Assembly: GCA_976551045.1 (NCBI GenBank)
Contig: CDPCPM010000033.1
Location: 26,040,001 to 26,104,000, forward strand
Reading direction: 5' to 3'
Length of the DNA stretch: 64,000 nt
Source: Glaucostegus cemiculus
Lineage: Eukaryota
The notes under the pieces are model-generated. The model was not told the DNA's origin. It saw only the letters and a program-made list of their open reading frames with translations, and ran no database searches. Position numbers and translations under genes: made by a program. Positions 24,701-38,930 of this stretch are shown here, piece after piece (positions within the stretch are counted from its first letter, which is position 1; each line of letters starts with the position of its first letter).

Positions 24701-25649
24701 CAATGGAGGCTAAACGAGTATTCACAAACCCTTAAGTGTGCGTTAGGCTCATTTTAAGAATAAATAGTAGTGATTGATACCCTGAACAAGAACAATTAAG
24801 GGTACATTTTATAAGGCAATAAATTAACACAGTTCTGATTTTCTGTATCTTTGTTAGTGTGAGGGATTGCATTAAAGTATGCGTTACATATATTGTGGAT
24901 AATAGAATGCAGTAAAGTACAAGCATGATCTGGCTTTTTATTATTGGCTATTTTGCAGTGACATGCAAGCGTTTTATTACCAGGGTAAAGATTAAAAGTA
25001 TATTGTCAGTAAACATTTTCAGTTATAATACTGAGCAGAAATGTAAAATGTTGCTGTAACAAAAGAGAAAGGATTCTACAATCCAAATCATCATAATTGA
25101 AGTAGCAAAGAATGTGATCGTATTATACACCAATAAATATTCTCCAATAACTATAAATTATACTATAGGGTTTAGTGGCATACCATGACAGCTCTGTTCC
25201 TCCACCTCTCTCTAAAGGTGTAATTAAACTGTATAAATTACCGTGGCAAATACAGATGTCTTTGAAAAAGGATTTTATTAAATTGACTGGAGATATTTTA
25301 CAATATGAACCTCCGCATTTATTGCTTCCGTTGCTTTTGTCATAGCGCACTTCTGGAAATTGAATTTGTGCTGTCGTCACGTGTGTAAAGTCGACGTTCG
25401 TTTCCTTTTTAAATAAATTATGCATTAAAACAATAACCTATTAATTCAGTTATTCGCCGATGACAAATGCAACGCTGTTTTACTGATGACAAAGCTGCGG
25501 TTGTGAAGCCAAGTTGCTTTTTTTTAAACTCACTTCAACTCAGTATTCTCTACCCTTAAATTCTGATCCAGCAAAGAATCAGGCAGACAAGAATCAATGA
25601 AAACAGTTTAATTACAACTTTTTCATTAAATCGAAATAAAGTATTATGG

Positions 25650-25790
25650 TGTGGAGGGTCAACAATTTCCAACCCTGTTATAAATCACCAGTAGTAATTC
25701 CTGAAAGGGCGCAAGGCTGCCGAGGCCAGGCGAAGATTGTAAATCTCTCCGTTTTATTGCTCTATGAACATATGCTGCGGTCGAAGTCGT
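25650..25790 (+). promoter_or_regulatory. Probable conserved non-coding element in the Hox4-3 interval
   Basis: TATAAATCACC, TAATTCCTGAAAGGG and TTGTAAATCT...GTTTTATTGCTCTATGAACATATG form a dense Hox/Pbx/Cdx-type block that I recall from other Hox clusters. Confidence 0.45.
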
Positions 25791-28700
25791 CTTCGAATCC
25801 CCGTTTGATTATATTCCTCGTAAAGCCGAGTTCTCACAGTGGCAAGCATTAGCACTTAGTTGCTTTTTCTTAGTCTCCTCATAAAATTATCAGCGAGGGC
25901 ATAACTTGCCGTAATAAATTGGTCTATTTACATTTGTGGGGTCGAACAATATTATAACGGGAGCTATTTCAAAGTCACAAGTATCTTTAATGATATAAAA
26001 TATTTATTATCTTTACAAATTCCCATAGCATAGTTGTCATTTTATGGACGATCACCAGAAGATAAAGATTCGAACTTGCTCAGCATAGTTTTGGTGGGAA
26101 AGTAATTCTTTAGCTAAACAGTGAGATGTAACCGCTTTATTTCCTTTTAAATAATTTATACTGCAGTAATTGCAAAGCAATATTTCTATAACGACCATAT
26201 AGAGCCACAGAGGGTAAAGTAATTTAGATAAATGTTGCGTTAAGCCAGCGCTAGGTGCAATAAGGTCATGCATTACTGTCAATAGAAATGTTTTTTATTG
26301 CTATTAAATTACAGACAAATGTTTTAGAGGTTAAAATAGTTTCGAGTAGCATTTAACAGAAATATTAAGCAGTTCGATAAAATGCAACTGAAAATTAATT
26401 TTCCATAACTAAAAACATTATAATTCAACAAAGCAATTGCAGGCGGAAAAAAAACAAAATAAGAACGGAAGCAGAATGAACCATTTCCAGCGCCCAGTTG
26501 CTACTGGTTCCTGTGATTTAAAATGCCTCGCCTGAAAGAGAAAGGGAAAAATTCCGCATTAGTTCCTGCTCTACCGACATCAATTTCACTACATAAATCT
26601 ACAGTTAAGAACGATGATTAATTTGTCCTGCCAGAAAAGAGAGTAGGTGAGATTGAGCTTCAAGGAAATCTTATCAATGTAGAGTTTTCTATTTTAAAGT
26701 TTCCAGTTAACTGCTTCAAACCCGAACCCGGGTAAATTGGAAATTTCTATTCATTCGGCGGACTTTGTTGTAAAACACTCCACACTACTTATCCAAACAT
26801 AAGTTTATTTTGCCATCATTGCTGAATTTGTAATTTTCTACTCGTATTTTGAGGCCAAGCTATAAATAGTGCTTGAAAAATGTCAAAATATTTTAAACTA
26901 AATTCAGTAATTTATGTCAGTTCTTTGCTTCAGTTGCATTTATTTACAAAATCTAATTCTACGAAGGAACTCCTTAGTACGGTTGAATAAACGGGTGCAA
27001 TAATTAATTCAACACGCCTGGAATAATGATGATATAGAATATATGGATCCAGAGACGGCGAAATAGCAATAATATATAAATCTATTGTTCAATTTAGTAA
27101 ACGTGGTAACGCTCAGTAAGACGATGCCAGAGAAGTCTAACTTTACCACCCTTTTTAAGTACAGCACAGAATATTAAATTTTTACTCAACTCCTCATTAG
27201 TGTTCATGTAAGAAGTGACTCAAAGCTCCAAACTATCCATATTAAAGAGCTGTTAGTGAGGTAGCGCTGGCTCAACTTACTGGCTCAATCAGAACAATCT
27301 GGTAACACAGATCACGTGAACAAATATGCCTGTATTTTAAGGCAGCGCCTATATTTTCTGATTATAAAAGGTATCCGTTGCACTATAAAATTCATAAATG
27401 GCAACATTTTAAAGGAATACATACCGGTTTATAAATACCACTTTGTCGTTGGTTGCTCGATTATAAAGTCTCGATTTAGATTTAAAGCAAAAACACCTCT
27501 GTACGCCGTTTTTATTGGTAGTTGTTCCTGAGACTGAAGCCATTTCTATCGGGAATACCGTCTGCTTTTCGTATCGAAATGTCTGTAAAGCCGCAAGATC
27601 TGGTTTAAGACAGCATTGTCTGCAGACAAACGGCAGAGGATATTATTCGCAGCTGCAGGCTAAGAGATTGTGTTTGGGAAGCACAGATTTATGATAAATT
27701 GACACACAGGTAAGCAATCGCATGATAAAATGCAACCTTTGGCAGTAAGTTTGCATAATCCCCGCAGCAGAAGGGCATATTGTTCTTTCCAAATTGTATG
27801 AAATTTTGATACAAACGTGCATTGTTTCCACTTCTGTAGAAGTAGATAAGAAAAATGATTTTGCAGCAGAGAAAGTCGATTTTAAAGAACATTTTGCTGT
27901 TTCACGAAAGTGCGCCATTTGAGAAAGGTTAGATCGGGCAAACCAGAGCAGTCCCAGATTTGTCTTGTGGTTGTATTTTTAGCTGATTGTGCAGTTTTAT
28001 GTAAAATGAAAACGAAATAAAAAGGCACAGAAACCCAGGGAACTTTTCAAACTGTCACAAGCAAACTTAGATCGTAAATCACATTAATTTGTTGTCTCTA
28101 GCTTATCGTCAGGCTGCAGTCTTCTGTGATTTATGCGTTTCAGAAATATATTGCGGGCTAAAGTTATTGCGGCAGCCTGTATAAATTATTTCTCAATTAA
28201 GGTTATTGTAGTTCAAGGAAAACAATTTGTGAATTTCGAGGAACTTAGTATAACAGTAGTTCAAAATTTATTAAGTACCAAAGATCGAGTATCATTTTAT
28301 CTTATTGCGGTCACGTCAGAGGATAATCTCTGCAACTGATTAAGTTCAATATTTTTGTAATTATGCACTTCGTTTGACCAGTTTTTTTGAAAGATGAAAT
28401 CATCCCGTTTTGATTCCATTTGCAAATAATTAGGCAACCGTTTCAGTGGAATTTAAATGCTAAATGTTAACGTAGTTTTTCTTTTCTCTTCCAGTTCCAG
28501 AAGCGCATTCACTTACTTTTGTTAAATACAATCTAGAATACAGCTGTATTACTTCCCATCTTAAAATACAAAGCGCCTTGTAATTTACACGGCTAGATAT
28601 AATACTTTAATGTTATTCCCGTACCTAAGATGCTTTTTTGATATGGGTATATCGTAGGATCTAAAGTATGATTGAAGTTGCTGGTTTTAAAATAAAATCC

Positions 28701-28841
28701 ATTAAAAAGTACATCTATTGTATTAATCGGTGTAATTATGAAGGGAGGTCCACTAATTTCTTTAATGTAAATAGTGCATGTAAGTTATCCAAATCGTTGT
28801 GTATGCATCTGTTTGGTGCATTTTCTCAGAATGTCCACAGG

Positions 28842-29004
28842 NNNNNNNNNNNNNNNNNNNNNNNNNNNNNNNNNNNNNNNNNNNNNNNNNNNNNNNNNNN
28901 NNNNNNNNNNNNNNNNNNNNNNNNNNNNNNNNNNNNNNNNNNNNNNNNNNNNNNNNNNNNNNNNNNNNNNNNNNNNNNNNNNNNNNNNNNNNNNNNNNNN
29001 NNNN
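28842..29004. other. Assembly gap (163 N)
   Basis: Run of N in the sequence. Confidence 1.
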
Positions 29005-31219
29005 AAAAAACTTTTGAGTCGAACATTTTTCATTGCTGCATGCCTCGAAGCTGCTGGTCTGCCATGTTAGTCAGCTAAATCCAATTACTGTGAGTAGCAT
29101 TTCATTTTGCTCGATGGGGCCACTCACTTATAACTTCACCTAAAATTTCAATAAACATCTCTACAGCTCTCGCCATGGTAACTATCAACATTTGCCTGAT
29201 AGTCTGGCTTTAAACTTTTCATCTCTGAATAAAGTCAAAACTTTTCAGGCCCCAGTACAGTAACTGCCTTGGACTTAGAGGTGCACTCGGCTGCAGTATG
29301 TTCTGGTGGGCTGTGAACGTAATTAGCACATAAATATTCTCGACTTTTTCCTTCCAGCCCAGTTTAGCAATTTAGTAAAGTGACGAAGAAAGTTTCCAAA
29401 ACTTTCCATGTACTTACTTTACTAATACTATTTACATGATTAGACTACAGATAAGGTTTTAGGGCCGCAGTATTAGAGCTCGATCGCACTCCTGCGAAAT
29501 TAATAAGCAAGATGATTAAAAACTTACCGTTCAGACCATGGCTGAGCACATTTATCAAAACCACCTGAAAGCAACCAACTGTTTAAAGTTTGTCCAGCTT
29601 ACTGGTTTCCTTGGAAAGTAGCGAGTTTACTCTGCAAATACTTACTTCCAGTGATTACAGAGAAATAAAAGCTTATAAATTGACGTATGGCCACGTGAAT
29701 ACATTACACACATTATGGTGGGAGGCATTGGATCCAGGACCTAATGCCTTGACGACTGTGATTTGGATCCTCTTCTAACTTCAAATTATATCGACACAAG
29801 TTGGTGAGGCTAGTTTGTAAGGTGCTGCGTCTTAGTGGGATTAAAGAGGGATAGAGAAACCATGGTGAAGTTGTGTGATGGGCTGTATTGTGAGGTAGTG
29901 GAGGCGCTTCCGTTGGTTGTTCATTAAGTGGTGAGTTATTGCTGTATAAGCCAAAGGTCATTTCAAAGGCTTATGACTCTTACATTTTGTCAGCTAATGA
30001 CTGGGATTTCTTTGTGCATTTGATCTGCCACAGTTGCTGTTTTTCTTAAGTGTATTTCTAAATTAAAGCATGCATTTTAACTCGGTATAATATTCAATGG
30101 TACAATTTCTGCACGACCAGCTTCGGTGTATGTTCTATCTGCCTCTTTCACGGGAATTTGGAATTTGGAGCCTACTTGGAGGCTCCAGGAGTGCTATCTT
30201 ATTGTATTTTAGTGACTTTTTGTATAACCAAGCTGTTTCTATTATTATGAATATGCCCAATCGATATAAAATAATACGTACGTGATGTTTGGTATCCCAA
30301 TGACAAAGCATAACCGCCTGTCAATATAATACATTATTCATGAGTTTTATATATGGCGCCAGGCTCTTTCTTGCAATCCTCCATATTTGTATTGTTTTGT
30401 GCGTTTATGTTAAAATGTTCGACAACACCGACAGATTTTCATTAAATACACATATCTAAACATCAACGGGAAAGTAAATAATTCTAGAAAGGAGGCATAT
30501 TGATATCGTCAGGTTGGAGTAGGTTTGAGGAAACTGAAAGACTACACGATACAATTTCAAGATTTTTATTCAATACATTGTTTAGGCCTGTCTTCTATGA
30601 AAAGATCTCCACAGATATACTTTTCTAGCAACGTGTATAAATCCACCCTTAAGGAACACTTCTGATTCTCTAATTGCGAGTTTGGATATAAAATCCTCGA
30701 TGCTATTAATAGATTTATTATTCGACAATAACAATTTGAATTAAGAAAACCGCTTGACTTAAATGTTTGGTTATTTTATTCAAATTCTCCTGAAGCTTTA
30801 TTTGTCAAATAATTCCCAAAATATTCACATTCTAATCTTTACCATTATTAAACCTACTTAACCCGTTCTTTCACTTTTTAAAAAATTCACTGACAACATG
30901 ACTCCCAGTCATTAATCACACAACATTGCATTCAGTAAGACTTTGTTTCTCATTTTCGAAGGAAGAAAATAATGCTTAGTTTATTTCTGCTTTCGTTTAA
31001 AAAATAATCAAATGCGATAGTTATTGTGTTAAAAGCCTACAAGGAAGCATGATTTTAAGACTCCTTAATACAAACAATAAAACATTTCTTATTAAAAAAT
31101 GAATCTTCGCCGACTGTTGCTAGTTGTTTTCGGACCCGGGAAGGTGGCCTGAAATATATGTGATATACAAAAATATCATCAATGCTTGAAAAAAAAACTG
31201 TAATTACATTTTCTTTCAG

Positions 31220-31299
31220 AACAAAGCCAGCGGCCCCTGGTCAATCCGGACAAATTCCAAATTCAGTCCAAAGAAAAGCAGATAGAAACATTGTGTGCG
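31220..31299 (+). other. Candidate non-coding 5'UTR exon of HoxD3
   Basis: Strong acceptor TTTTCTTTCAG| and donor GCG|GTGAGT flanking 80 nt. Hox3 genes typically have upstream non-coding exons. Confidence 0.5.
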
Positions 31300-33670
31300 G
31301 TGAGTTGTTTGATTTTTGGCTTCTTTTTGCTTTTAACCGAATTCGGTGCTCCTTTGGATTCTGTGTGTAATTGAGATTTGCCAGTGGAGAATTAGTTTGT
31401 AATTTTATGTCATGGCCATGAGAAAACATACAGAATAAATGAAACACGTTGTTTGAAGAGGCAGGGACGCGATCTTTGGATTCTATATGTATGGCTCTTC
31501 TCGAGTTATCTGTCATGAATCTGTTTCTACTTTGTGCTGGAACCATAACTTCCGTAAATTGATCGGTAATTCTAATAGCTAGGGTTGCATCTGTTAATAT
31601 TTTTAAAATGTAGATCAAATAGGCCTTCACTATAGCTAATAGAATTGAAAATGAGATGAAGTGAACATTTGCTTAAGCTCACCACTTTACTGCTATTCTT
31701 CATGCACAGAGTGAGAAATGTATGTAGTCGGTCTTTAAATCTAGGCCTGTTTCGTTAAGCCTGAATTATTTATCTAGAAGAAAGATTTATGAAGTCTTGG
31801 AAAGTGATTCGTTCGAACTGTATTGTTGCCTCCCTCCCGTTACTTTTACTCCTGTCCTGGTTACGTTGTTGCTTAATCTTTCTCATTGCATACAAAATTG
31901 CAGATTCGTTTTCATCAAATTTCTTTCTTTTACATCTTACATCAGTCTTAGTTAAGGGATCGACACATTTGCTTTATACCAAAATGCACAGTTTATAATT
32001 TAATTAAATTACACGGTAGACTCATAAACCCAGCACATATTGTAATTTGGATATAAGGGCCACATAATTCATGCAGTCTTGGCTGTCCACAGTAAACTCG
32101 AATAAAGTAAACTTCCTAAAAATAAGTTGAAAAGTGAATCAGGATGCATGTTTCTTTTATGTAATCTCTCTAGCAGCCTGGATTGCTGAACCAGGGTCCT
32201 GCAAAGAGTACCGAAATAATTCCATTCTAAATCCAAGTCTTTAAACATCTACGGAGCAGGAACCAGCCGCAGATTTGGAGGAGATTGCATGATTCAATTT
32301 GAAATATGGGCAGATGTGCCGAGCCAGCCGAATTCCTTGTCAGAAATGATCCGCAAAGTATAAACAAAATCAATATAGTTAGATTCCAAAAATAATTCTC
32401 TTCTCGCGAGCAATGGCTGGGGGCAATAACTGTTTTCGTAGGGATTTTAACAAAACATATCACATGATTAAACAAGTGAAAGATAACATGTAGCATGTTA
32501 TGTTTAAAACCACTAAGCAGATTATATTACACTGAATACGCCCGCCAGTCGCTGAGTATAACAGAATAAAAACATACGTTTTCAGTTCCCCAACCCTTTG
32601 TTTTCTGACTTCATACCTGAAATCAAATATTTGATTTCAAATTTGGCTCCCAGCTTGCATTTATCAAAGACAATTTTCAAATCCTCCAGCTCGAGCCATG
32701 CGATTCAGCTACATGTGAAAAGTTTGTCAGCTAAAACGTATTTAAAATTCCTGGACTACTTTCAATGCCTTATATAAAATCCTGCAAGAGCTAGCGAAAC
32801 GCCTCGAAACTTGCGGAGTATGGACATTCTTTTTCTGGCCTTTCCTCCTACGCTCTAGCTATTTTACACTTCTGAAGATAGCAGCTCTTTGGAAAGTGTT
32901 TTTTTCCCCATTCTGTAGTGAAGCGTTTACGACTATGGCACAAGCAGCCATAAATTTTGCGTAGCACATAATGACAGGTGCATTGATATGCACTGCCAGA
33001 ATTCTGGCTTCTTAGTAACATTAAATTGCCCAACCTTAGGAGATAGCTTTTAAATTCTTAGGCTAGTCGGCTACTCTATTAATATGTGACTGAAAGTTAA
33101 AATAAAACGGAAGTAGTTATTTGCTTGGTGTTTGTATGATATAACTGCTGTTCAGACGCCCAGCCTTATACAAATGAAACAGTACAAGGAAGATTAAATA
33201 GTTGGCCAAAACACAGGGAATATAGATAGGTAAAATATAACAATTGGTGTGATTTTGATGTTTCCTTGCGTATAGAGCGATGTCACAGAAGTTTAACTTG
33301 TGTTACACCGCCCTCCACATGGGACTTCAAATATTCGACAACGGGAAATGGAAATTTAGCTCATTGTCCTCCATCGGTTTATGGAACAGCACCGTTCCCC
33401 CCTTCGGGCTTCTAGTTTTCATCATCTCTGAACTTACATTTTACAGTTATGCTAACAAAAGACATCCAATAATTTGCTGCTTTATTTTTCGGACACGCGT
33501 TCCCCGATTGTAGATCATGTATCTGGGAACGCACCGAAAAAAGTGATGGTCCATACCAAGGTGTTACTTATCAAACCCCTGTATTAGGTGATGCACCCTC
33601 GCATTTAGAAAACATGTAAGGTAAGAAAGATCTGAAAGATGAACGCAGAAACAGTTGACCATTGTCCAAG

Positions 33671-33714
33671 TGATTTATGGCCCATGGCTGCGATTTAGGT
33701 TCAAGCAGAGTTCA
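33671..33714 (+). promoter_or_regulatory. Pbx/Hox site plus HoxD3-upstream DR5 RARE
   Basis: TGATTTATGG at 33671-33680 and GGTTCA-agcag-AGTTCA at 33698-33714, about 2.6 kb before the HoxD3 ATG. Confidence 0.85.
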
Positions 33715-36261
33715 CAAGCAGTTGGTGTTTCTGAGCCAGATTTGCAGCTTCACCACAGTCTTTTCACATTACCTTAATATTAATGTTAGTTTTGATTTTC
33801 CAAAGATAACACTTTCAAATGCACTACAAACGAGGACGCTGGTTGTGGTGGCGAAGGTTCAGACCCCATGGCAGTAAATAATACTGGGTTACTTTCTTAT
33901 CTCTCACACATAATGCTGATTAGATGGAGAGACGGGGTGGGGCAAATAGAAATGTAATTAGATTTCAGATAAAAAGTCAAGCAAAGGGCAGAAAGCTAAT
34001 GCCAAATTTATTAAGCTAAAATGGCGAGCATGGACATGACGGGAAAGCTGGGGAGCAGAATACAATAAAAATATATCGAAATGCCTCGAAACAAGTAATG
34101 TAAGCACGAAAGGAAAATAAAACGTTGAATTACTTCTTTGAAAAGAACAGCAGAGATGTGCACGTGTGCCTAGCTGCAACTCTGGAGGCCGCAGATCATA
34201 AACCTCATATTTCATGTAATGTCAGGTCTTGTATGGCTGAAGGCTTTTTTTTCCAAATGAATAGAAAATCTATTTGTGACGTGATATAGTAGCCAGATAA
34301 GTCATACGTCCAATACTTGTGACGGTTTATACAACAATGTTTTATTTAAATGGTTTTATAGACTAAGTATTATATTTAAAACTTAAATCCACGTCAATCA
34401 TCTTCGTGTTATGTTTCAAGTGTATGTATTTCACTGCGATTTGTTTTATTGTGGTTTTGGCCATTTAATTCTAATCGCAGCAATAACCTTCCAGTTTAAT
34501 ACATAATTTACGGCAATCTAAAGGGGAACAAGGCACTTGCTTCAATCAAAAGGGCCTAATTTTATTGCTGACCACAACAGCCAACCCCCAACCCTCCACC
34601 ACCACCTCCCCCCCCCCCCACGCCCCCCACGCCCCACACCGCCCAGTTCATGCAGACTTCGGCCTTTTGGGAGGTTTCCTTACCACGTCAGGTTAATTCT
34701 GCTTAAAAAGGCTTTTGCCAAGAATTTGCGAGAAATTAAATGTAATTAGCTTGCTAATGCCTTTGCAAATAACTAAAGAACGTTTGTCTGATTGGCACTA
34801 GGGTGCAAAAGGTGCATATATAAATACATATTTAAAGTCGATATTATAAATTGTGATATCTCAGTTTGCTTATATGTGATACAGCTTATTTAGCCAGTTT
34901 TTGCTCCAGTTTCAGAAGTCTAATTTTCTTAGTCTGAATTCGGTTCCAATATCATAAAACGTCTGTTGACTGAAAAGTTGATGGTTAGTTAATGCTGAAA
35001 AAAACATTCATTCGCGTTTTATGTTTCAGTTTAGCTGGCTTTTGTGTTTGATTATCATAAGTATATTGAAATAGGTTTATCCAGTAATATGTTATTTTGT
35101 AGACAACGGCAAAACTTAAAGATGCTGTAACAGCAGAGTGCAAATGCGAAATGCTGACTGAGTTATTTCTCTGTTTTAATTAGAACAAAGAGTTTGAATA
35201 GATGCTAGTTATACGTTAACTACAGTGCCTATCCCCTGTCATAAAGTAAAACGTGCAACAGAAAGAAACATTCGCTTAAAACAAACCTCCCTTACGTTGA
35301 AGAAAAAGAAGCCAACAATGGTGAAGGTACACTTCGCTGGTTTTTCAGGTTTTGGAACTGGTCCGATCCATCATGTCCTGTGTAACAGCGTCCACAGAAT
35401 AAAACGGTCTGTACCCACAGCAAATGCTGCAGGCAAATAAGTCGCCTGTGACTGTGGTTTTTTCACTCTTTTTAAGAGGGGCCTTTTTGTTTCTCACCAT
35501 TATAAAAATGGCCTCAATCAGTGAAGTCAACTGGAATAGCACTGTGTGTCCCACCGAAATCCACTTACATCAAGCATGACAGCGACATATCTAGCGTTCT
35601 GTAATTTCCATTAACTTTAAGATTATGGATAACGTTTGTTTTTTTTTGTTTCTACATTATGTGATATATTTCAGATGGCACAGCTCATCACTTTTCTTAA
35701 CATTCCTTTATATTATAATTTGGTAAATGAATGAAAATAGAGGCGTTATAAACGGATAGTCTGTCTGTAGTGGATCTTAGTAAGTGGATAATGCAGTGTA
35801 CATTCAAACAATAATAATAAATTGCCAAAGAAGTGGAATGCAATTGCAATCGTTCATACATCATTTGAACTATGAGCATTTTATACAGTTTTTGCAAATT
35901 ATCACTAAGAGCTGAGTATACAAACTGAAGCTAATTGCTTGCAACTCAGGAAAGCACCAACTCTTAAATCTATTAGAAAATTATAAGACTCTCCCTGAAA
36001 TTGTCACATAATGTATTTTACATTTCACCAACTTATTAATTGTCTCATAAAATAATAAATCTCAAACTTGTAGGAGAAGAAATGACCAAATCTGCTAATG
36101 GCAGGGTTGTGAAATGTTATTCATGGGATTTTTTCTTTTGTTTTATAGGCTGAATTCATTACATTCCTAATGTTTCACTCTTATTGTGTTTTGTTTCATA
36201 ATCTCCAGGAGCTCTGCATTCTGACGATTGTTGTAAACGTGCTGTGTGATCAAAGGTGTCA

Positions 36262-36745
36262 ATGCTATTCGATAAGGGTGTCAAGACCCTGTCATTTCAA
36301 AATAGCGAGATGCAAAAAACAACTTATTATGACAACTCTGGAATATTTAGTGGTTACTCCTACCAAAAATCTAATACATACAACTACAGCTCTAATCATC
36401 AAGCCTACCCAGCATCATCTGTTGACAATGATTATCAGAACTCAACGTGCCCAATTCAAACATCCAGTGCTAGAGCCCCAGCCCATAAGCCCACTGATAT
36501 AAATGGCAGCTGTATGAGAACAAGTGGCAGCCAAGGCACTGGCCAACTTCCAAGCATCAGTGAGCCACAACAGCCACCTCCTTTGCCACCTTCACCCAAT
36601 GGAAGCAACACTGCAACTCAGAAAAGAACCAAGTCCATTCCAAATACTTCCACCAGCCCAGCTGCCACACTTACCAAGCAAATCTTCCCATGGATGAAAG
36701 AATCGCGACAAAATGCCAAGCAGAAAAACAACTGCACAGTTGCAG
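36262..36745 (+). CDS. HoxD3: Homeobox protein Hox-D3, coding exon 1
   Basis: [27 protein letters not shown], a D3-type extension ahead of MQK (second ATG at 36310), and [14 protein letters not shown]. Donor G|GTATCT at 36746. Confidence 0.94.
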
Positions 36746-36805
36746 GTATCTTTCCGTTGTATTTTTTTTACTTTAAACTGCACTGAGCATCTTAAAAAAT
36801 TGGAA

Positions 36806-36873
36806 AGTTTATCAAAGAATGTCACATGTGGGTGGGAGTAGTTTATCAAAGAATGTCACATGTTGGTGAGAGT
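36806..36873. repeat. 34-bp tandem duplication in the HoxD3 intron
   Basis: AGTTTATCAAAGAATGTCACATGTGGGTGGGAGT x2 with two mismatches. Confidence 0.95.
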
Positions 36874-37554
36874 ACTTTCCTTCTGCTTTGTAGCTAATGG
36901 CTAAAAAAGGTAAAGGAACCATCCAGAGCTGTTTTAACAACCTTCTGTAGATGTTCTTACATTCAGTGGTCTCAGTAAAGATATAGACACTCTAAAATAT
37001 ATCTAGTTGAATAAATAACATTTCCTAAGAGGAAATGAGGAATGAGGATGGCAGGAACTTATAAAAACGTAAACTTTTCTGTTAGGTTCCTGGAGAATGA
37101 GGATTGGCAGGCACTTTTAAAAATGAAGACTTTTCCAATTTATGCAATTCTTGGAGATGGCTCTAATTATTCCACTTGATCTCAGTGGACATAGCCATAG
37201 GCAGACAAGCCCTAGCAAAATACTCCACTGTAAAGATTTTGCTTGTATCTCTTTTATATCTCCATTAGTTTGAACAAACTTAAACTCATCTTACACTTGC
37301 ATTCATTTACAATGCTTGAAAATTCAGAAGGTTGAAGTCATTTGACCATGGTATACTTTAAATGTCTGATTGCACTGGAAAACATACTTCATATCCAAAT
37401 TACATTCTGATGGGAACTCTCATTTGGTATCACTGTGATTTAATTGACAGTAGCTATATATTGTTCAATATTTATGAAAAATGCACGTCTAGACTACAAG
37501 TCACAGCATCATATTTTCCATGGAAAAATTGACTTTTACTTTACAAATTATCCA

Positions 37555-37602
37555 AAAAGGGGACCTTTTCTTCTCCCTAAAAGGGGACCTTTTCTTCTCC
37601 CT
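37555..37602. repeat. Perfect 24-bp tandem duplication in the HoxD3 intron
   Basis: AAAAGGGGACCTTTTCTTCTCCCT x2. Confidence 0.95.
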
Positions 37603-38181
37603 TATAATATTTTGTTTGGAGTGGATTTACAGGTTATCCCTAATTTCAGATAGTTACCTTCATCAGACAGATTAAATGCAAGCTGGGAACAACAAAAAGC
37701 AAGTTTTATATTGCAATATTCTGAGTAATTTCTTAAGTATATATTCTCATTTAAAATTATTTGCATGAAAGTCATATTTTGTCATGTTAATGACATTTCT
37801 GGTGGAAACTTCCAAAACTGCATTTAGCATTTGGAGTATGTATTAATGATATTAAACAATTCGCATTTACAGTGTGCAGTCTCTGCTATGGGCCCAGGAT
37901 ATCCCAAAATTGATAAGACTAGTGGTATTACTAACTCCAGCAGTGTGGTAAATTATATGTTGCTATGTTACTGTATTTATTACGTGTGGGTTATATTTAT
38001 ACCTCCTACACAGGCAGCCCTGGCAACATGTGGTAGTCTGAATGAGAAAAATGATTGAAGAATTGTTTTTCCTTCATAAATGTATTAGTTCCATATCAGA
38101 GTAATTATATTGCAGAGTTCTGTGTGGAGAATGTGTGTTTGTACATTTATGTATAGGTATTAATGTGTTTTCATTCTGTAG

Positions 38182-38930
38182 GAGACAATTGTGAGGATAA
38201 AAGCCCACCAGGCCCAGCCTCCAAGAGAGTCCGCACAGCCTATACCAGTGCACAATTGGTTGAATTGGAAAAGGAGTTTCATTTTAATCGTTACCTGTGT
38301 CGTCCTCGCCGAGTTGAAATGGCAAACTTATTAAATCTAACTGAACGGCAGATAAAGATTTGGTTCCAAAACAGAAGAATGAAGTACAAAAAAGATCAAA
38401 AGGCCAAAGGGATCATGCACTCGCCAGTTGGACAGTCTCCAGACAGAAGTCCACTTCTAAATGCTCCAAATAATATTGGATTCTCAAACCAGCTCCCCAC
38501 TGTCAACACTTTGAATTACGAAGCTCATTCTCCAACGTCCTTCACCAAATCTCAGCAAAATATGTATGGCTTGGCTGCTTACACAGCACCTCTTAATAGC
38601 TGCCTACCCCAGCAGAAAAGGTATCCAGGCGCAGAGTATGACCATCATACAATGCAGGGCAATGGTGGCTTTGCCAACCATAATTTGCAAAGCAGCCCTG
38701 TGTATGTTGGAGGGAACTTTGTTGATTCAATGCCAGCTTCTGGTCCGATGTTCAACCTTAGTCATCTTCCTCATCCTTCATCAGCCACTGTGGACTATAG
38801 TTGTGCTGCTCAAATACCAGGCAATCACCACCATGGACCATGTGATCCCCATCCCACGTATACAGATCTGACTACTCATCACACAGCTCAGGGAAGAATT
38901 CAAGAAGCGCCCAAACTAACACATCTGTAA
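38182..38930 (+). CDS. HoxD3: Homeobox protein Hox-D3, coding exon 2
   Basis: Acceptor TTCTGTAG|. Reads [33 protein letters not shown]...KDQKAKG, with C-terminal [13 protein letters not shown]. Spliced CDS is 1233 nt. Confidence 0.97.

Noticed and set aside
28668-29078. Five overlapping ORFs with X runs
   Set aside because: Artefacts of the N gap.
34585-34640. C-rich tracts here and near 18581, 46710 and 59526 (possible G-quadruplex on the minus strand)
   Set aside because: Simple low-complexity runs with no independent support for function.
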